DNA of 64,000 nt from Pseudogymnoascus verrucosus (lineage: Eukaryota), in assembly GCA_001662655.1 (NCBI GenBank), contig KV460286.1; one strand, 5' to 3'. Positions 25,113-36,693 of this stretch are shown here, one piece after another. The position numbers and the translations under genes were made by a program. Each line of letters starts with the position of its first letter. Within the stretch, counting starts at the first letter, position 1. The notes below the pieces were generated by a model. It ran no database searches. It had not been told where the DNA came from and was given only the letters and a program-made list of their open reading frames with translations.

Positions 25113-25990
25113 ATTGGCACCCCGTTACGGTTATTTGGGTTATATCGAAGTAAAGGGTGACGGATCCAGCAGTATCCACAGGAATTGGCAGAGCCGGTTC
25201 AGAGAGGGCGGGCACTGTGAGTTGGCAGTTTACCCTGTGTTGGATAGCACAGTAGAACACAGTGTGTGACCTGAATGGATAGTGCAAGGGTGAGTACGAC
25301 ACTGTAAGGTTGAGTATAATACTGTAACTGTAAGGCAGAGTATGTATGATACTGTAAGGTAAGTACAATACAGTACAATACAGTACTAAGTGTGGTAGAG
25401 TTGATAGAGTGGCAAGTGTGAGTGTGAGTAAGTGTGACCGGAGGAATAGAGTACCCCGCAAAGCAAGGATGACAATAAGGTGCAAGGGCGATTAGATGAC
25501 CCCTGTACCTGTTGCCGCTTTTACGCGGTTGCTTGTTTGGCGATTGGCGATTGGCGATTGTCGATTGTCGACAGACGCGGTCTTTCCCTTTCTGGTAATA
25601 TCGCGGACCGGCACCGGCATGGCAGGCCACGTCACGCCATGATGGTGGTTCTGTGCGCGATGTACGGGACAGGAGGGACAGGGAGAGTACGTACGTGCAT
25701 ACATACCAGTATACATAGAGATTTACTACTATAGTACTATAGTTAGTTAGTTAGTATACACACAGTCTCCTCACAGTAAGCTCCCAGTAAGGAGGTCCCG
25801 AGGTATGAGATATCTATATGCAAGGACTTTAGTGGCAACCTCCATCTTTTATATATAAATGCGGTAATATCCTGTCTATTTTTTATCTATTCGCATCTAT
25901 TCACATCTGTTCCCATCTATACAATACCCATATATATCTATTTATATCTGCCATCTCGGCCTCGTCATACGTCATACGTCATACGCTGCA

Positions 25991-26987
25991 ATGAAGGACA
26001 ACGGCACCCATCTCTACCCAAATGAGCATGTCTCCGAGAAGGTTACAGATTATGCCTTTGAACACTCCACCAAGCTTCCAGACTACATCACGAAGCACCA
26101 TGCTTGGGGTTCCGACCAACCAAAGGCGGGGTTCATGATCTCGCCCTTCCAGACCCAGTTCCAGATCTGGTTTGCAAAGGCACTTGGAGCCAAGAGAAGT
26201 ATGCACGTCTAATCTATCCTGTCGTACAACGTGGCGGATCTTGTATCCTGGGCCGTACACTCTCTGTCCCACCTACCCCATGAATTGCTATAGTCTATAT
26301 TCCTCGGGGAGGAGCAAACTATGTCTTGATATACCAATATTCCAACTCTACAGCCTTGATAGCGACAGCACTAACCTTTACCAGTCCTCGAGATTGGTTG
26401 CTACATCGGTTTCTCAGCCCTTGGCTTTTCCGAAGCAGTCGGTCCAGATGGTCACGTCACAACTCTCGAGTTTGACCCGGAATACGCCCAGATTGCACGT
26501 GAGACCTTCGAGAAGAATGGCGTGAAGAACGTCGAAGTTATCGTCGGAGATGCGAACAAGAGGTGATTTATATATTTCCCTCGTCTATAAAAATAAAATG
26601 CCTTGATTGACAACTTCTAGTATTCCTGAGCTGGCCCTGGCCATCGACCAGCCGTACGATCTGATCTTCATCGATGCAGACAAGATATCCTACCCCAATT
26701 ATCTCGCTCTCATCCTTTCACTTTCAACGTCCACTAGTCAAGTGCGCCTTCTCAAGTCTGGAGGCACAATTATGGCGGATAATATTCTCCGCCGTGGTGT
26801 TGTCGCTGACAGGAGCGCCTCAAACCCAAATGCCACCCCCGAAGAGCTTTCAACTGAGAAGGGGGGTAGAGCCGAGCAGTTGGTCGCTCTGGATAGGTTC
26901 AACAAGGAACTTGTTCAGAACGAGCGACTTGAGACCTTCCTGCTTCCACTATTCGACGGGTTGGGAATGGGGAGGCTGAAGGATTAG
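25991..26987 (+). CDS. O-methyltransferase family 3 (catechol/caffeoyl-CoA OMT-like), 3 exons
   Basis: 'GFMISPFQTQF', 'VLEIGCYIGFS', 'YDLIFIDADKISYPNY', 'ADNILRRG', 'LPLFDGL'. Confidence 0.88.
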
Positions 26988-27497
26988 TAAGGCTAGGAGC
27001 ATAGTTAATACTGTAGCCTACCTGTCTCGAGCAAAGACGCCAGAGATATAGTTACACCAACATCTTTATCTACCTCTCATTGGCGTTGTTCTCCGATTTA
27101 GTCACTTGCACCAAATCCAAATGTGACGTGGCTACAATTATAAACGCATTTCGGCACTGATGAGTTGACAGATGTTCAAATGGTAACTTTAGACTACATG
27201 CCGGACTAAAGTACCGGACAAACAACAGCGCCATCTGTGGCTTCTAGGTCAACACACCATGAGAACAATCTTGTACTCGTTTTCTATGAGCTGCCAATCC
27301 GGCCATCTCAAGCTCTTGTACCAGCTTCACCCCTGAGCAATTCTCTTCAGACAGTTCCAAACAACGAACCAGAGTCCAACAAGTATCGAGATATCTCGAC
27401 TCCAACTGCTTTCGGTATCCACTGCCTTTCTTTTCAGGTAATACTGACTCTTCCCATGTCAGATTGCATTCTCTTCAGACGATGGCCCTGGTTGGCA

Positions 27498-28688
27498 TCA
27501 GTTGGTCAACTGCGAGCCATAGTTGTCGCAATGGCGAATCCAAGCTGTCCACCCGTTCTTATCGGACCTTTCTACATTTCCCAGGACCGTGACAGGCTCA
27601 ATAACTATTCGGATACGTTGTGACATCTTCTTCTGTGCGTTATTTAGGTGGCCTAAAGCCTTTAGTTGTTGCTTTCTCGCCTTTTCAAGCGTCTTGTCTT
27701 GGGCCCTGTTGGCCTTGGTTTGGACCTTGTTGGCCTTGGTTTGGGCCTTGCTAGGCTGTAGTGCTGTCCTAGATACTTTGGAATGTGCTGCAACATCCTC
27801 CGCAGTAGTATCGATTTCCTCACCATCAGCTACGGGCTCAGCATTTGCCACTCTAGCCTCGATTCCCCATGTGTCGGATAAGCGGTCGACATGTCCTCCA
27901 TGGTATAGATCCATGAACTCCATACCGACACCTTCCTCTGGTATGTCGACCCTCATAAGGAGACCCTTGGGGCGAAACAGGTTATTCTGGGATGCCCGAA
28001 CATATTCGAAAACCTTAGAAAGCGATTTTTGAAAGTCGAGTTTCTCGGATTTCCCGCCACGCCCACCAAACGGAAGAACCAGGCGAATCGGAGTCTTCTT
28101 CTTCTTCTTCTTACGTTGGGGGGTAATGAGTGAGGTCAGATAAGCTGTAAATTTATTCCAGTCTTCCTCGAGTATCTCATAAGCAGCCAGCCCGGGCGGG
28201 TAAGGGAAGCCGTCGGCTACTCGACCCTGCGAAGGGACTTGAATACCAGTCTGGTATGGCTTCGCAGTGAATGATGGAGTAATCGCCAAAAGTCTCGTGG
28301 TTCTGGTATGGATGTTTTCAGAAATAGGCAGTGCTACGGACTTGTCCTGCGCATAAGCGTCCTCAGCAGGCTCATTTGGACGGGAGCCCTCTTCAACATC
28401 TGCAACGACAGAGGATATTTCGATTTCTGAAGACTCAGCTACCCGCTTAGGTATCTTAGCTACAGGTGTTTCCGATGGTTTGTTATCCGATGGTCCCAGT
28501 TCCACTGTCTTGGCCTCTTCCTTGTGTCTCACGACCGGGGCACCAGGGGTCTCTTGAATGCCGTCGATGGCGCCTAGGATGGATGGCACAGGTGCTGTTA
28601 CTAGCACCGGTGCTGCGGTTGAACTTCTGGACAATTTGGAAGGGAAAGCAGTTCCAGTTTCGGGTTTTGATGTGGCGTTTCTCGTCAT
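27498..28688 (-). CDS. Hypothetical protein, 396 aa, with disordered N-terminus
   Basis: Long intronless ATG ORF. Ordered-looking core 'GFPYPPGLAAYEILEEDWNKF...NLFRPKGLLMRVDIP', basic RKKKKKT stretch, and 7-aa repeats KAQTKAN/KVQTKAN. Confidence 0.65.
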   Translation of the reverse strand: MTRNATSKPETGTAFPSKLSRSSTAAPVLVTAPVPSILGAIDGIQETPGAPVVRHKEEAKTVELGPSDNKPSETPVAKIPKRVAESSEIEISSVVADVEEGSRPNEPAEDAYAQDKSVALPISENIHTRTTRLLAITPSFTAKPYQTGIQVPSQGRVADGFPYPPGLAAYEILEEDWNKFTAYLTSLITPQRKKKKKKTPIRLVLPFGGRGGKSEKLDFQKSLSKVFEYVRASQNNLFRPKGLLMRVDIPEEGVGMEFMDLYHGGHVDRLSDTWGIEARVANAEPVADGEEIDTTAEDVAAHSKVSRTALQPSKAQTKANKVQTKANRAQDKTLEKARKQQLKALGHLNNAQKKMSQRIRIVIEPVTVLGNVERSDKNGWTAWIRHCDNYGSQLTN

Positions 28689-29349
28689 GATATGTACGAC
28701 GGTGTCTGCTGCTTCTTGTTCTGGCGAATTAAAACGCGGCAGCTCTGCGTCACTATCCTATCCAGACACTTAATTTCATGGTCTCCTTGAATCTAGATTT
28801 GTAGTACAACTGTCTGATGTTCGGCGCCAGTGTGCATTACGTACCGAATGCGGATTTGGGTGGATAATAATGTGAACGGTCGACATTAGACCTATTCTCA
28901 GACTGCCAGGGAGCAGGTTACGGCGTCTTTGGCCTTGTTCGATGAGGAAATAGATTGTAAAGTTGCAACCTGCCAATGGTGATGTGAACAGGATACAGAT
29001 AATATATAGTGATCTAGGAGAGTTGTGCATATGATACTTAGGTATATGAGCTGCGTAATGAATGAGGATCAAGACGAAGGAGAGTTGACTCGAGTAAGAG
29101 AAAAAGAGGAAGCGGGTTTGAAAGTTGCAGAAAGTCCCATCAGTTGGCAGGCACGAATGGCTGGTGGACCATTGGACCTTCCTTGAACATTTGGTGAAGT
29201 AGCTATCTAACTACGACACACAGAGGATGCACCGTTGAATTATTATTCGTTTATGCGCCATCAAAATCACAAACCCCCCAAACTGCCATAATTACGACCC
29301 AGGACTCCTTCGCTATGTGAAATGACACTATACCCTCTCCCAACGATCT

Positions 29350-30280
29350 TTATCTTCTCTCCCTGTCCGGCTGAGCCCTGCTTCGGCTACGACTGCGATC
29401 GCTGCTGTAGCTGCTGTAACTCAAACTTCTCCTCCGAGTCCCATTACGATCTTCGTTATCTCGCCTCCCACCGCGCCTCCTCGGGGATCTTGACGTGGAT
29501 GAGTAGGTTCTGGAATGGCTCCTGCGCGCCCTTGGCGAATGAGACCTGGACAATGACCGTGGTCGATAGGTATCTGACGGCGCACCTCTGTTGTAATTTC
29601 TGTTTGGGGATCGACGCCTTGGTGGCGGAGGCCCTCGAGGGTCCATTCGTGCTCGTGGTTCAATATTTGCGCCTCCCCGTCTTGCCAGTGGCGGTGCTGG
29701 TGAGAACTTGCGCCTTGGAATGACAATAGACACACTTATCACAGCGCCATCCAATTGCGCCTCATGCATATGGGCAATGGCCTGGTCGGCGTCCGCTTCA
29801 ACCGCGTATAGAAGATAAGCTGTACCACGGTTTGTACCGACTGTACGGGTTAGAAAGGTCCTATTGAGGGTCGACACAACTTACATTGTCTGTTCATGGG
29901 CATATCCATATCAATAATCTCACCGAAGCTCCCAAACAATTCTCTGAGGTGGTTCTCATTTATGTTCTTGGTGAGTCTCTCAACCACAATCTGGAACCTG
30001 TCAGTAACAATTTCATTCGTAGCACGCGACAGCGCATTGCAGAGCCAGCTAAAAAAGGTGAGTGCGGATTTCATACCTTTGTGCTTTTCACATCCGGACT
30101 TGGGCTGCGTGATATGCTCCTGGTGGCTCTGCGGCCTCCGTTTCGATCATATGAGGGGGAACGTGAGCGGCGGGGTGATATAGATCGCCGGTGCAAGGGT
30201 GGTGGAGAGCGAGAATTGTCCAGACGAGGTGAAAGAGAGCGTATGGGTTCGCGCCCACGAGATAAAGAACGCCGAGGCAT
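29350..30280 (-). CDS. RNPS1: RNPS1-like RRM/SR protein (EJC/ASAP component), 3 exons
   Basis: RS-rich ends flank the RRM 'IVVERLTKNINENHLRELFGSFGEIIDMDMPMN..NRGTAY..AIAHMHEAQLDGAVISVS'. Confidence 0.82.
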
Positions 30281-30701
30281 CGCAGGTCGAAAACTGGATG
30301 GTTTTGGACGAATTGTTTTGCAAAATAACCGGAGAGCAGGGTCGTACACAAGGATGATGTATAGAGGTTGTTTTGCGTGTGGTATGTTGCGTATTGTGTT
30401 TTGCTAATTGAATGCGATGTGAAGTCAACGGGCGCGGCTGTGGGTTAAGCCTTGGAGTTTGAGTTGAACTGAACGCGTCAGAAACGCCAAGCTCCATGAG
30501 CACACCCAGATTTAATTGCTCGCTTATCGCTTATCTACTCCACCACGATGACGCGGGGCAAAAATAAGGATTGATGGTGAACCCAAACGATCTGTGTGCT
30601 GAATAAATTAACAACAAGTTAGATCGGATGGATACACTGATAGCCAGTCATCTATCTGGCTCTGGCAAACAAAAAAAAATCCCTCAAAAGGCAAAAAGAA
30701 A

Positions 30702-30803
30702 TGCCCACATACGGAGTTGAACCGTAGACCTCGGCATATCACGTGATTTCACGTGACCATGAATCGTACTAGTGCCGCGCTCTACCAACTGAGCTATGGG
30801 GGC
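30702..30803 (-). tRNA. tRNA-Thr(AGT) with a 29-nt intron
   Basis: GCCCCCATAGCTCAGTTGGTAGAGCG-CGGCA-CT-AGT-A-[intron]-A-TGCCG-AGGTC-TACGGTTCAACTCCGTA-TGTGGGC-A. A and B boxes are intact, with downstream oligo-T on the minus strand (30693-30697, 30671-30679). One C:U mismatch in the acceptor stem. Confidence 0.93.
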
Positions 30804-31206
30804 TGATAGTTATTAAGGGCACGCAAAGTATAGCTCTTATGCATCGTACCACTAAGAGACCCCTTCGAACACCACGAAACAACAAACGATGGCATTTGTA
30901 AATCCCATACTTCGGCTACAGGGCCATAAACTTGATTTCGGACTTTAAACACCATTGTCACCCTACCTGTCCCTCATTCTTTAAACTCTATATTCTTCTG
31001 GTTCGTCCATCGAACTTCACTCTTCATTACCTCTCCCAATCCGTCTCTATCATTATCACGGAGACCTAGATCCTGAATCGGGCTGACTAAAAGGGACATA
31101 GCCAGGATTCACACGTGATAGAGCTGGAGCTGGAGCTGGACGGGGGCGACGCCAACAATGAATTGAGCTGAGGTGAGCTTCTGGCGTGTGTAAGTTTGGG
31201 ACCAGC

Positions 31207-33094
31207 ATGTGGCGCATACCATTTGTGTCCAGGCTCAACCTGTAAGTCTTCTGGCTGTGGAGGAATTCGCTGAACATGCGCTGATAAGGGGATAGGAGCG
31301 AGTATGTAGCACTCGTCGTCTCCTTCGTCTTGGTTGGGCTAGAAGCACTTATTCGAGTCCTCACTCTTGCGCTGCGTAGGATACCCCCCAACACTCCTAT
31401 ACAAGTCCTCCATAGCTAATATTTTATAGCCACGAGTATAATAGCCCTGTGTTATCGAGCGTCGAAACGACTATTCCACTATTTTACATCCACCGCAGCG
31501 AAGAAGTCGGTGTCCAGGCAAAGCTGTATGTACCCGCACCCGCTTGGTAATTATAAGACTGACATTATTGCTACAGCCCGGTCGAGCGCCATCCGCGATG
31601 CTTCCGATTTTGTCGACTTATGCGCACTGTCAGGCTACCTGGCGGAAGAGCATGTGGTACAAACCTCAGATGGATACTTGCTTGGACTCCACCGACTTGG
31701 CTGGAAACGAGGAGAGGAGGGTGTCAGGGTCAATTCATCGAAAGGCGGCATAAAAAAACCCGTGGTATATTTGCATCATGGGCTGCTTATGAATAGCGAA
31801 GTGTGGGTGTGTCTGACCGACGAAGAACGCTGTCTGCCATTCCACCTTGTGGAAAAGGGGTACGATGTCTGGGTATGTGTATCCTACCTATATAGTCTTG
31901 GGACTTACTGACCGTTTATAGTTTGGAAACAACCGTGGGAACAAATATTCCAAGAAATCTATCCATCACCCTCCGACAGCAATAGCATTTTGGGATTTCT
32001 CAATGGACGAATTTGCTTTTCATGACATCCCAGATAGTATCGACTACATCCTCTCTACGACCTACCAACCGTCGCTGTCATATGTTGGATTCTCCCAAGG
32101 CACAGCACAGGCTTTTGCTACACTATCAATACACCCGAAATTGAACGACAAAGTCAACGTGTTCATAGCGCTCGCACCGGCGATGTCCCCTGCAGGATTA
32201 CGGAACGGCGTCGTTGACTCGCTGATGAAAGCTTCTCCAGAGGTTCTGTTCCTCCTTTTTGGCCGTCGCTCCATCCTGAGTTCAACGACAATGTGGCAGT
32301 CTATCCTATACCCTCCAATATTTGTGCGTGCCATCGACACCTCCCTGGCCTTCCTTTTCGGCTGGTACGGAAAAAACATCTCCATGGCCCAGAAGCTCGC
32401 GGCCTACCCCCATCTCTACTCCTTCACCAGCACCAAGAGTGTAGTCCACTGGTTCCAAATCATCCGCACCGCCTCCTTCCAGCTCTACGACGACGATGTC
32501 CAACCTCCACTCCGCCTCGGTAGCGTCAGCAAATATACCAAGGTCGCCCGCTTCCCAACCCGCAACATCAAGACCCCCGTGGTCCTCGTCTACGGCGGCT
32601 CCGACTCCCTAGTTGACATTAACGTCATGCTGAAGCAGCTCCCCGCCCACACCGTGGCGACTGAAATCCCACACTTTGAGCATCTCGATCTCCTGTGGGC
32701 CCGCGATGTCGACACTCTCGTCTTCCCGCACGTCATAGACGCCCTCGAAAGCTTCTCTGACTCCGGGCATACTGAAGAGCACTTCGCCAAGTACCGCGCC
32801 GCACGCCATGCCTCCCTTGGGCCGGGAGCGCGGCGCCCTCATAACCCAACAGAGTCGGCCTCCAAATCTCTAGGCAGCAGTTATGCTGATGTAGCAGCAG
32901 TTACTCCCGACATTGACGGCGAGGATCTTGTCTCGGATGGACCGCGTCGGAATACCGAGGGCGCGATGCCTTCTCTTGCGGGCCGTAGGAAGATAAGGGG
33001 GCGTTCCGGGAGCGAGAGGATTGAATACGACTCAACCTCGTCGTCTGAGATTGCACATGCCGCAACTGCTCGGGCTACGGAAGATGAGAAGTGA
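31207..33094 (+). CDS. AB-hydrolase lipase/steryl ester hydrolase (Tgl1/Yeh type), multi-exon
   Basis: 'EEHVVQTSDGYLLGLHRL', 'YLHHGLLMNSEVW', 'GNNRGNKYS', nucleophile GFSQG, 'FEHLDLLWA'. N-terminal hydrophobic anchor. Confidence 0.9.
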
Positions 33095-34293
33095 GGAGGT
33101 AAGATGCAGTGCGTGGGGGTACATATGAGATCAATCTGATCGATCGCTTGTATATATCTAGATAAGATACATGTACATATATATATATATATTTGTTAGA
33201 TATTGTTCCCAATGGCAGGAGCGTGATCTGGAACGTGCTTCTAGATTGGATGATAGGGGACCAGTTGACGATTAATGAATTAATAAATTAATGAATTAAT
33301 GAGGACTATGCACAATGGCAACATTTTAGATCCCCCACGTGCATTCATGGCACATGTCTGTCTACTACATGTCTCGCGGCTACAGGACTAGTCGGACCCT
33401 GCGAGTCTTGTCGTCGTCGTGTTGTCTCATAATCGTGTCAGTAGTGTCAGTATCGTCGGTCTCGCCGTCTCTGATTTGTGTCTAATCGTCATCGACGTCA
33501 TCTGACCATATAATCCGACGCCGTCAACGCCGTCAACAACCATCCCATAGATCCCATAGCGATTAGTCCTAAAGCACTACTTTAGTATACCCGATGAGCA
33601 AATGCATTCGCCCAAACCCTCCCAAAACGACCCAACCCAACGATCGATCCCCGATGAGTCTCACTGGTTCCACGGATGTATGTATAGTAAGAGTAAGTGG
33701 TATGGTCCATACTACCACTCTACTCCAAATATGCACTCGTACTACATAACTGCCACTTTACTAGACTTATGCACTGTAACGATGTAACCGCTTCTCCATT
33801 TCCCCATTCCCCTCATTCTCCAAACATCATCTTTCCAACTAACCTTCCTTCCTTCCTACCTACCTACCTACCCGCTCGGCTCGGTCTCTTACTCAGTCCT
33901 CCTATATTTCCCCCTCCATCCCTCCTTTCTCTCTCTCCCTCACTGTTATACTCCCCTCCGCTATTATCGCGAGCGATATACAGTTATACAGATGGCTTCC
34001 TATTCTCTCCCTCCTTGATGATTTACAGAGTACTCTACTCTATTCTACTCTACTCTACTCTACGAAATACACACTTTGGATTCACACTGCCGGTCAACAA
34101 ATCCACCCTTTCAGAACCCTTCCCACCCCTAACCCAGAACCACTAAAAAATCCCAATTCTACGACCTGCCCCACCGATACCGACACCACAGACACCCACC
34201 AACCCCACCAAAACTGCGAGTCTTTTACAGGGCATATTCCTTGTCGCTGCTAATCGACCCTCACTACTCAATCCCGACGTTGTTGCCACGATT

Positions 34294-35854
34294 ATGGCTG
34301 CGGCCGCGATCACACAAACTGGCGCCCGCTTCCCTGGCATCGCCGCTCTCTTCGAGAAACCTTCAATCTCTTCGAGCAACTCGGTCGATGCAAGCCGCAA
34401 AAAGGACGCCGTCGCCAACATGTTTTTGTCCAATGCGGCCACTCGCAACCCGCCCGGCGATCTGACCAAGGGTTTTGTGGAGAAGCATCTCGGTAGCAGT
34501 TCCAAGACGCTGCGTCTTCAGGACTTCAAGTTGTTGAGGATCCTCGGGACTGGGACATTCGCGCGGGTTTGGCTGGTCAGACTCGCGCACCCAATGCAGG
34601 GAGCCGAGGACCGGGTGTTCGCATTGAAGGTCCTACGAAAAACTGAGGGTGAGCAGCGCCTCCTTCTTCCTTTGCGGGGTCTCACGTCGGACAACGCTGA
34701 CATTGTGTAACAGTAATCAAGCTCAAGCAAGTCGATCATGTCAACCACGAACGGGCCATCCTGGCAGATGTCGCCGGCTATCCATTTATAACTACATTAA
34801 TTACCACCTTTACGGACTCGGAATGCCTATATATGCTTGTAAGCTGCTATTACCAGGTCGCATCAATACCCACATATCGCTAACTCTCTTTCCTTCCAGC
34901 TGGATTACTGCCCTGGCGGCGAAATATTCAGCTACCTGCGACGCCAGCGCCGCTTCCCCGAACACGTCTCACGCTTCTACCTTGCCGAGATCGTCCTCAT
35001 CCTCGAGTTCCTGCACGAGCGCGAGGGCGTCGCCTACCGCGACCTCAAGCCCGAGAACATCCTCCTCGACGCCGCGGGACACGTCAAGCTCGTCGATTTC
35101 GGCTTCGCGAAGCGCGTGCGCGATAGTACGCCCTCCTTTCCTTACCGTCCCATTCTCTCTTCCTCAAAACGGGTCATGCGGCGGTTGACCCGAAGCACGG
35201 TGGACGCGGATACTTATTATGGTGGTGGGTTGGCGCAGTCGGCGCTCGGATGGCTATATAGTCGTAGTGTTGTCGCCAACAGCTGCTAACTTGTGGAAAT
35301 AGGGGAAACATACACACTCTGCGGAACTCCCGAGTACCTCGCTCCCGAAGTCATCCAGTCCCAGGGCCACTCGACTGCCGTTGACTGGTGGGCCTTCGGC
35401 ATCCTGATGTACGAGTTCATCACTGGGTATCCGCCCTTCTGGCACCAGAACCCGATGGAGATATACAAGCAGTGCGCATCCCTCTGCCTCCACCCCATGT
35501 ATCACAACGCTAACCCACACCAGGATAATCCATAAATCCATCACCTTCCCACAGCACGACCCGCCCATCTCGAGCGACGCACAGGATCTCATCCTAGCGC
35601 TCTGCACAGTCGACCGCTCGCACCGCCTTGGCAACCTCTCCGGCGGCGCCGCAGACGTAAAGTCGCACCCCTTCTTCGCCTCGGTGAACTGGGACGACGT
35701 GTACGCGCGCCGCCACGACGGGCCGATCATCCCCAAGCTGAGCGGCGCGAGCGACGATAGCTGCTTCGAGCGGTACAGCGAGGATGAGGGGCAGGTGGAT
35801 ATTTACACGCAGGAGGCGCGGGAGAAGTGGGATAGTGCGTTTGAGGGGTTCTAA
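34294..35854 (+). CDS. cAMP-dependent protein kinase catalytic subunit, second paralogue (PkaB/CPK2/PRKX-like), 5 exons
   Basis: [52 protein letters not shown], and a terminal FxxF (FEGF*). Confidence 0.9.
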
Positions 35855-36693
35855 TAGAGGCGCGCGGCGGGAATGGGTGGGCGAAAGGTGTATAAAGTGG
35901 AGAGGGAGGGGCTGGAAGGCGTTTTTGGGCGGGGAAGGTGGGGGTGTGCTTGGTGGGATTTGTATAAATATTATGGATGGGTGGGCTGGCATGGGTGCTT
36001 TGGTTGGACGGAGAATGCTGCATGGCGGGATGGGTTTGTATAACAGACATGCAAGATAGGAACGGCAAAGACGGGAAGGAGCATTGCTTTCCTTGATTAA
36101 TAGAATCTGAGTCGGCGACTCTTACCATGATTATGGACACCATGTTCTTGCTCCACAAATGTGAACGCTGTACCGCCTTAGATTTATTGGGGGTTTCCGA
36201 ATAATTTTTATCGTTATACAATTACCAACAAAATATAATGCTTCAAAATATTTTATTAATATATAGCATATGTGTCACTAGCCTTCACCTGATATTCCCA
36301 GGCTATGGCTCGATACAAGAAGTCCTACTTTATTCTAGACTCCTCCGTCCAAAAAGAAATAACAGGGCAAAATTCCACACAATAATATTGCTGATAAACC
36401 TCAACATCTGATAATGGAACTGCCAATAACTTCACTTATCCGTATTAATGCAGCTTTCTATTCTGTTATTCAGCATAATACTGTATCCCGCTTTTAATCC
36501 CCATCCCCATCCCCATCCCCTCCCCATCTCAACAAAGCCCTTCCATATGGGCCTACCAGCTGAAAGAATAGCTCTCAACCCGACCTTCCAACAATAATAT
36601 TCTTCCCATCCTCAATCCAAACAAATACGCAACCCCAGCCAAATCATATAACCAGCTACCGTTGTTCCCCGACCCAGAACACCCCTCCCCCTT

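Noticed and set aside
25102..25990. Short ORFs and repeats between ISN1 and the O-methyltransferase
   Set aside because: Low-complexity microsatellite-like UTR/promoter sequence; the translations are not protein-like.
33602..34293. 149-aa upstream ORF or non-AUG extension of the PKA gene
   Set aside because: Pyrimidine-rich low-complexity leader; an in-frame stop lies at 34144-34146 and nothing supports coding.
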